A stretch of DNA of 64,000 nucleotides, taken from IMG/VR virus record IMGVR_UViG_2100351000_000014. One strand, written 5' to 3'. Each line of letters begins with the position of its first letter. Positions within the stretch are counted from its first letter, which is position 1. Position numbers and translations under genes: made by a program. Positions 58,140-64,000 of this stretch are shown piece after piece. The DNA comes from a virus. The notes below the pieces were generated by a model. The model worked only from the letters and a program-made list of their open reading frames with translations, did not search any database and had not been told where the DNA came from.

Positions 58140-58868
58140 TCAATTGACATTATCTTTAACCTCGACACCGAATAGACCTAGAATAAACTTTCTCCCTAGT
58201 CCAGTCCATAGTCTATCATAGACAACCTTTCCAGAATCGAGGACGGTATTCTTTATACTGGTATAATGCTCCCCGGAATAATCCGAGTAAAGTACCCATG
58301 TTCCATTCTGTTTGAACTGTATCTTCATATCGCTCAATTTATCATTAAGCTCACGCGCTGATCTAAGATGAAGCTCTTTCGCTATTTCGGTAGTCGTGTA
58401 CTCCTTGCTGAAATCGTGAACTAGCATTTTGACTTCGCCCTCAGCCTTTGCGCGAAGTTTCTTTTCACTCTCAATTACATTATTAGCAACTATAAGAGCA
58501 TGGGCAAGAATCTGCTCACTAGTCATTTTCTCTTGCCCTACAATATAACCGCCATTTTCACGAAGTGATGGAAGCACGGTACCAGTTATCCACTTCTTAA
58601 AAACCTTAGCATCCGGCTTAGTGCTACCCAAGATAGAAGCATATAATCCAGATTCATTTACTATATTTATTTCTCTACCCTGCCCCGACGACCTGTCGGT
58701 ATAGGTTGAAACATCTTCTTCGTCAATTCTCCTAGTCATTGCCTGTGTATCTGTATAATCAAGAATGCTGGCAATATCTTTAGCAATAAACCAAGGCTTA
58801 CCATCGATCATGACAGTTCTAATTTTATTAGCTTCAAAATCAAAAATCTGAACTTCATTATCACTCAT
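58140..58868 (-). CDS. BRO-N antirepressor-like protein with ANT/KilAC-like C-terminus
   Basis: IRTVMIDGKPWFIAKDIA..L...IVNESGLY..ILGS.KP.AK.FKKWIT..VLPS. Confidence 0.9.
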   Translation of the reverse strand: MSDNEVQIFDFEANKIRTVMIDGKPWFIAKDIASILDYTDTQAMTRRIDEEDVSTYTDRSSGQGREINIVNESGLYASILGSTKPDAKVFKKWITGTVLPSLRENGGYIVGQEKMTSEQILAHALIVANNVIESEKKLRAKAEGEVKMLVHDFSKEYTTTEIAKELHLRSARELNDKLSDMKIQFKQNGTWVLYSDYSGEHYTSIKNTVLDSGKVVYDRLWTGLGRKFILGLFGVEVKDNVN

Positions 58869-59292
58869 TGCCTTCTCCTCTCTCCGCTAGCACTTCCCAG
58901 AAACATTCTGGCAGATATACATTATCCATCTTTACGCAATCTTTGAACAGTGGAGCAATCTCGCGGGGCTTGTATCCTGATAGTCCCGTACCGATTGCGG
59001 TAACATAGTAGGTCTTGCCTTTGTTGACCCGCGCCTCATTGATAAACTTGTCTACGTAGTGCTTTATCGTCTCAATTGGAAGGGCATAGCGGATATTGGC
59101 GTCCTTAGTAGGGATTGCAAAAGATTGCCCATGCTGCCCATAGAATTGGCCGTACTTAGCGCCGAACAAATCACTAGCCGCCTTTGCAGTTCCGAGATTA
59201 TTCTTCCCGGCTAGATTGCTTCCGTATACAAAGACCTCATTTGACTTTAGGAGTGAGATATTCTCTGGCGTGATTCGGTTTGAATAGTCCAT
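58861..59292 (-). CDS. conserved phage protein, possibly macro-domain-like fold
   Basis: EVFVYGSNLAG...G.A.....FGA.YG...G..GQSFAIPT...YYVTAIGTGLSG; fold assignment from recall. Confidence 0.55.
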   Translation of the reverse strand: MDYSNRITPENISLLKSNEVFVYGSNLAGKNNLGTAKAASDLFGAKYGQFYGQHGQSFAIPTKDANIRYALPIETIKHYVDKFINEARVNKGKTYYVTAIGTGLSGYKPREIAPLFKDCVKMDNVYLPECFWEVLAERGEGNE

Positions 59293-59615
59293 TATTCGAG
59301 CCTACCTGTAAAAAGGAAATGAAGCCTAGAACGGAATGAATTATCATTAACCCTATAATTATCAGTATCATGCCTATTGTACTTTTCCATATACTCTATT
59401 TTGTTATCAGCATCATCTATATAGTCTTTTTGCCTTTTTATAATATCTTCCATTTTAGTAATAGCTTCGTCTTTTCCTACATAATTCACGGAAACATGTG
59501 ATATATAATCGCAATCTCTAGAACTACAAATAGTTATCTTATTCTCTTCCATCGCCCGCATTGCGTCATTCATCTTGATAAGCTCGTCAACCGGAACACT
59601 TGCCATACCTTCCAT
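59292..59615 (-). CDS. hypothetical protein
   Basis: downstream of promoter copy 6. Confidence 0.55.
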   Translation of the reverse strand: MEGMASVPVDELIKMNDAMRAMEENKITICSSRDCDYISHVSVNYVGKDEAITKMEDIIKRQKDYIDDADNKIEYMEKYNRHDTDNYRVNDNSFRSRLHFLFTGRLE

Positions 59616-59634
59616 TTCTATTGCCTCCCTATAT

Positions 59635-59668
59635 AATATATATCACAAAGCACCTAAAAATTGTACTA
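59635..59668 (-). promoter_or_regulatory. phage-specific promoter motif copy 6
   Basis: TAGTACAA-N15-TGATATATATT. Confidence 0.7.
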
Positions 59669-59671
59669 ATC

Positions 59672-60052
59672 CTAGTTAGTAGAAGATTTTAGCTTCTCAC
59701 ACCTAGCCTTCATTGCCCTATACGCCGATTCTTTCCTTGCTTGTGCGGCCCACTCGAAATACTTTTCCAAGTCAACGCGCTTAATTACACGATATGGGCC
59801 AATCTTTTCAGATTGCAACTTGCCCGTATTTATCGCCTTAGCTATACCCGATTCAGAGCGGCGATATTCATTCGCAGCTTTCTTCAATGTTAGGCAATCG
59901 GATGGAACTATATAGCGCTCCCTTTTTGTTTTATCCCTAGTAAGCGAAGCCGCCCTCTCCCGCCCATTCTCTTGCTGTTTCTTGACTTCTTTCGCTATTC
60001 TTGCGCCCTGCTTGTGCGCCGCTATGTAAAACTTTTCTCTAGCTGTTAGCAT
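59672..60052 (-). CDS. excisionase-like HTH (HTH_17) protein
   Basis: LTLKKAANEYRRSES.I..AI..GKL...KIG...VIKRVDLEKY. Confidence 0.7.
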   Translation of the reverse strand: MLTAREKFYIAAHKQGARIAKEVKKQQENGRERAASLTRDKTKRERYIVPSDCLTLKKAANEYRRSESGIAKAINTGKLQSEKIGPYRVIKRVDLEKYFEWAAQARKESAYRAMKARCEKLKSSTN

Positions 60053-60095
60053 TTTACAAACCCGATAGCCTTTCGACTACCGGGCATTACTCCTT

Positions 60096-60284
60096 TTAGC
60101 AATCGCCGAGAATGGCAAGAGTCACGATAGGAAACGGAGCCCTAACTGGTTCAGGCCCATACTCTCCATCGTCTCCAGGGAAATAGATGCATCCACAATC
60201 GTCATCCTTAACACGCTCGACCGTCATCATCGGACCGCCGCTTTTCAGCATAACAATGTCTCCGATCTCAAGAATAGTTTTCAT
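60096..60284 (-). CDS. YodC / DUF2158 family protein
   Basis: IGDIVMLKSGGPMMTV. Confidence 0.8.
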   Translation of the reverse strand: MKTILEIGDIVMLKSGGPMMTVERVKDDDCGCIYFPGDDGEYGPEPVRAPFPIVTLAILGDC

Positions 60285-60477
60285 TCTGTTTTCTCCTTGC
60301 TAAAATATGCGGCATTGATAGCCGTATTCAACTTGCCAATAGCCTCCATGGTATCATCATCAACCTCTACGTCATCCTCTTGCCACCTCCCTAGGATTGC
60401 GTCTGTAGTTCCTTTCAAGACACAAAGATCATCCGCGTAAACTTTAGGGACATTAAACATACCCATAGCCCCCCCCC

Positions 60478-61607
60478 CTAAAGATTGTACTGCAAAAGGA
60501 ACTTATTGTTAATGACCTTAAAACTGAAACGGCCACCCTCCATGCCCCTAACTCCATAGGGTCTATTATCAAGACTCCTGATAACTACTCCCTCATTCCA
60601 AGACTCGGGATTAAATGTAGATTTCGTTTCAACATACGAAAGCCACTCGTCGACCGTCAAGCCAATATCTTTAATGGTTTTATGATCGGATGGAACTACA
60701 AGCTGTGGGACAATCTCAATTGTAGCCCCGGCGTCTCGCAACTGCTTAAATGTATCAAGTAGCAGCTGGGGACCAAAGTACGTTTTCCTGTCACTGTCAA
60801 AAATACCGAAAAGAAAATAATGGAGTGAATCGAACTTATATTTATTGTCTTGGATAGACGGCCCGCACATTTCACCTTGCATACAGACATTGCACTTCCC
60901 AAATACCTTCTTGGCAGCTTGCGCGATATTTGTCTTTTCAGCAATTGCCCAATAATTATTGGTCTTTTTCTCAATATACCAAACATTCCGAGAGGCTACA
61001 GAAAATTTACCTTATTCCAAACGAAGGTAGTGGAAGACCCATCCATCTTCTGTGAAATGGCGATGGGTAAATCTTTATAAGTATCAAGAAATCCAGGCCT
61101 AAAAGATTGAAGCCTAGTTTCGTCCGTCTTACTTACAAGATGAGTCGGGAAGCTAGCACCTTCGCCGCACTTCTTGCGGAAAGGCTTTAAGAAAGGCAGG
61201 GTATATACGAGTTTCCACCATATTCCCTTGGGTTTCTTCTGATAGACTGTTTTATCAGCCGCGTCCTCCGGGTCATACTTCTTGACTCCGATAGTATCGG
61301 TAAGGTCTTTACCTACCGGATAATCTTTCAATCCAAGATCGGCAAAAGACATAAAAAGCCCCTGAGATATTGCACCTTTGAGCCGAATTGTGCGAACGCG
61401 ATACTTCCTATCCTTCATAAACTCAAAAGCAGGCAAAGGGGGCACTATAGAGTCAATCTCAAAATACACTCCAGTATTACCAACACTAAAAGCGCCCTTC
61501 TTTACAACGCATTGCCAACCTAAGATTTTTATCAGTTCAATTCTATCAGCACCTTCGATGGGTACTATCTCTAGAACTTTCTGAACACTAGCCAACATTC
61601 TAGCCAT
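60478..61607 (-). CDS. RNA ligase (DRB0094/Rnl2-like with N-terminal OB domain), split by a 1-nt deletion at about 61010
   Basis: LASVQ...I.GADRIE...GWQCVV; motif I KMDGSS; repaired join GKFSVASRN; QGEMCGPSIQ.N, EGVVIR, SFKVINNKFL. Confidence 0.85.
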
Positions 61608-61634
61608 ACAGCCTCCTTGTAATACACTTGCCTT

Positions 61635-61663
61635 ATTATAATCAACAAATGTGAATCAGTCAA
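61635..61663 (-). promoter_or_regulatory. sigma70-type promoter upstream of the RNA ligase
   Basis: TTGACT-17-TATAAT. Confidence 0.7.
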
Positions 61664-62063
61664 GGCCCATGCGCGAGACTAGCTCCTTATACTTTACCTC
61701 TATGCCCTCATAGTATTCTATTGGCCTATCCTCACGCATTTTGGAAGCCTCTTCAAGTTTGTCTAGCTTGCGCTCAGAATATGTATGCCTCATCCAATTG
61801 CTATACATTTGATCATCAAACCGATGGTGCCTCAAGTGACAAGCGTTACACATTCGATGAGCATTATCAAGATCGTATCTCAATTCAGGGCAAGCCTTTT
61901 TCCCATAATAGTGGGAACATTGGCCATTCTCTTTACTCCCACAAATAACGCATTTACCGTCTCGCAAAACTATGTACTTATTAAACCATCTATCGGCCTT
62001 GCGAATTGCGCGGGCTAGTTTTTTAGCGTAGGCCGTCTTGGAAATAGGCTTCGTATCGCTCAA
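61656..62063 (-). CDS. NinG/Rap-like recombination endonuclease
   Basis: WFNKYIVLRDGKCVICG...HY......LRYDLDN.H..C..C. Confidence 0.8.
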   Translation of the reverse strand: MSDTKPISKTAYAKKLARAIRKADRWFNKYIVLRDGKCVICGSKENGQCSHYYGKKACPELRYDLDNAHRMCNACHLRHHRFDDQMYSNWMRHTYSERKLDKLEEASKMREDRPIEYYEGIEVKYKELVSRMGLD

Positions 62064-62653
62064 TCATTGCCTTCTGTTATCAATTGCGAATAAGGAATGT
62101 TATCTTCCATCCACTTGCAAAATGTTTGCCACTGACTAAGTTTGTGATTCTTGCGGGCGTGGTAGATTCGGCGCATAGCCTGATAATTCAAAAGCATGTC
62201 ACGAGTCTGAAGAAAGCCCTCGGGAATCATCGCCTTTAATCCTTCAATAGTGCAATCACCACTAGCCACAAGTTTTCTTACTTCGTTCAACTGTTCAAGA
62301 TATGGTGAAGCAATATCGCTATTCTCAAAATCATCTGCAATAAAAGGCGCACTCATTTTCCTGTGCATAGTCGATTCGCTGCAATGTTCCTCGTCAAGAT
62401 CAAAGCGACCTAGCTTGTAAGTATCAAGCTCAATCCAGAAATAGCGCGGAGCTCTTACGGTTATTCCCGCGCCTATCATTCGCATAAACTTTGCATGGTC
62501 ATCACCATTCTTTGCAAGCCCGACCATGAGGCGCAAGTCATCTTCATTAGGCATATCCCCTAGACTCGCATCGCGTTCTTTATTCATCGGGCGACGAAGG
62601 GCTTTGAGGGCCGTCTTGAAACCATATAATTCATTGAAAGTAATGTCAATCAA
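62060..62653 (-). CDS. ThyX-like (flavin-dependent thymidylate synthase fold) protein
   Basis: H.KFMR.I...ITVRAPRYFWIELDTYK...ESTMH...IPEGFLQTR...NY...RRIYHARKNHKL. Confidence 0.55.
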   Translation of the reverse strand: MIDITFNELYGFKTALKALRRPMNKERDASLGDMPNEDDLRLMVGLAKNGDDHAKFMRMIGAGITVRAPRYFWIELDTYKLGRFDLDEEHCSESTMHRKMSAPFIADDFENSDIASPYLEQLNEVRKLVASGDCTIEGLKAMIPEGFLQTRDMLLNYQAMRRIYHARKNHKLSQWQTFCKWMEDNIPYSQLITEGND

Positions 62654-62703
62654 TTTTATTCCTTTAGGCCATGGTACCTTTTACGATACCATGGCCTTTA
62701 TGA

Positions 62704-62958
62704 TTAGTTCTTCTTTGTCGTATTAGTCTGACTTGCCTTCAAAAGCAATCCGCAAATCCATGAAAAACAAACAGCCGCCCACCATGAAATCTTTCCCGCA
62801 ATCGCGCCACTAGCCACAAGACCAGGGAATACAGCGGGAATCGCAACGGGCCAAATAAGCCAAACAATCGTCCCCGCAAAGACCGCCGCCACAAACACAA
62901 GAAAGAAAAATATAACCCCCGTCACAATTCCAGCCGCCACATCGCTACCGTCTGCCAC
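62704..62958 (-). CDS. small membrane protein
   Basis: hydrophobic throughout. Confidence 0.55.
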   Translation of the reverse strand: MADGSDVAAGIVTGVIFFFLVFVAAVFAGTIVWLIWPVAIPAVFPGLVASGAIAGKISWWAAVCFSWICGLLLKASQTNTTKKN

Positions 62959-63093
62959 TTTCGATCTCCTTTTTTGCCAACTCTCGGCAATCTTCTTTTC
63001 TTTTCTGCCAATCGCATTGATTGCAGTCTAGTGTACAAGCATCCTTAAACGCAAGCCCCTTAGCAATCTTTACAAGATCATCGTAACTAGGAA

Positions 63094-63879
63094 TCATCCC
63101 AATTCACTCCTTATCCTATTATACAAAATATCTTTGCACACCGAATCTATTTTATTAAAGTCTGGGGTTTCTCTTAGCGTACTCTTTATATATACTTCGT
63201 CACAAAGGTTAAACAATCTTTCAGATTCTGTTTTAACTTGTTCAAGGGTCCACTCGCCGCGTTTTATTTCAAGCAATTGTGTAGCATCATCTTGTCTTTC
63301 CACATAAAGGGTGCCCTCTGCCAAAAACTCAATCCCCATTCTAAGTAATCTAATTAGGTGAGCCGCATTTTTACAATCATATCCATATTTATCAACTAAA
63401 AGTTTACGCTTTTCCCCCATGTATCCATCATAAGACATATGTGTCATTCGATGAAATTGGCTATGGGCATATCCGCAAAATGAGTGATAAACATTTTTGC
63501 ACGTAAAGGCATCCCTTATTTCAACCAATGATCTCCAGCTATCATTCTGATATAAAATATATTTATCATCCAGCCACAACGAAGACAATACATTCGGATT
63601 CCCCTTGCATAGCAGAGAAACAATTTTCAAAAAATCATAATACACACAATCCCATTCCTTATACCACTTTTCCCTAACTTCTTTTGATTTATTTATTCCA
63701 ATATAATGCGATGCTGGCAAAATATATACTCCGATAATATCTTTATCATCGATGCTATTAGGGTCAGTATTGGGTACATACATCCCATGTGCTATAGACC
63801 CTCGATATCCTAAGAAAATCAAATCGTCAGGAATAAGTTCCCGTTTTTCAAGATCAGACAACCCCTTGAGATTAATCAT
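63094..63879 (-). CDS. RlaP-like (PF10127-type) DNA polymerase beta family nucleotidyltransferase
   Basis: RGSIAHG...DDKDIIGVY...KGNPNVL...YDCKNAAHLIRLL.MG.E.L..G.L.V.R.DA..LLEIKRG. Confidence 0.85.
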   Translation of the reverse strand: MINLKGLSDLEKRELIPDDLIFLGYRGSIAHGMYVPNTDPNSIDDKDIIGVYILPASHYIGINKSKEVREKWYKEWDCVYYDFLKIVSLLCKGNPNVLSSLWLDDKYILYQNDSWRSLVEIRDAFTCKNVYHSFCGYAHSQFHRMTHMSYDGYMGEKRKLLVDKYGYDCKNAAHLIRLLRMGIEFLAEGTLYVERQDDATQLLEIKRGEWTLEQVKTESERLFNLCDEVYIKSTLRETPDFNKIDSVCKDILYNRIRSELG

Positions 63880-64000
63880 TACTTATCCTCCATATTCCCG
63901 TACTTGCCGAAATAGTCCTTCACTTGTTTCTTCCATCCTTCGTACTTCGCTTTCGGGCAATGGCAATCCTTGGCTATAATTTTGTTAGCCTGTAAAAGAA

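Noticed and set aside
59672-60052. Evidence of a temperate lifestyle from the excisionase-like HTH and antirepressor-like genes
   Set aside because: No integrase, CI-like repressor or att site is visible in the window, and such domains also occur in lytic phages
4670-61011. A genome-wide programmed frameshifting system explaining the split genes
   Set aside because: The shifts go in both directions, share no slippery motif or stimulator, and single-base repair restores conserved residues; assembly error is simpler
917-63979. Numerous plus-strand ORFs in the track (e.g. 917-1255, 27905-28426, 32143-32733, 51570-52190)
   Set aside because: They are antisense shadows of well-supported minus-strand genes, with no RBS or family motifs; only 22728-23018 is supported

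Overview
Most of a tailed-phage genome with siphovirus-type structural genes (HK97-fold capsid, Dit/Gp37-like tail tip, 746-aa tape measure). Nearly all credible genes lie on the minus strand. A DUF261-like papain-fold protein and an FLLFFSC lipobox hint at a spirochaete host (inference). Modules along the window: replication initiator and Rha (0.5-2.8 kb); an IbrAB-like (PAPS-reductase/ParB) plus methyltransferase cluster, possibly for nucleic-acid modification (3.4-6.6 kb); three tandem tRNA-Leu genes, two structurally atypical; SSB, dUTPase and recombination genes (8-13.6 kb); small early genes with sigma70 promoters; a nucleotide-handling block; a lysis cassette with two fully overlapping spanin-like ORFs; tail and head genes (20-37.8 kb) with an antisense lipoprotein moron and a portal-MuF fusion; a ferritin; a 16-kb accessory block with two sigma factors and three more tRNAs that separates the portal from the terminase; then antirepressor-like genes, an RNA ligase, NinG, a ThyX-like protein and an RlaP-like nucleotidyltransferase. 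A fixed-spacing motif (YAGTACAA-N15-TGRTATATA) occurs at least six times upstream of operons and is a candidate phage-sigma promoter. Six or seven genes carry single-base frameshifts, most likely assembly indels. No integrase, repressor, DNA polymerase, CRISPR array or reverse transcriptase was recognised. All family assignments come from motif recall, not database searches.
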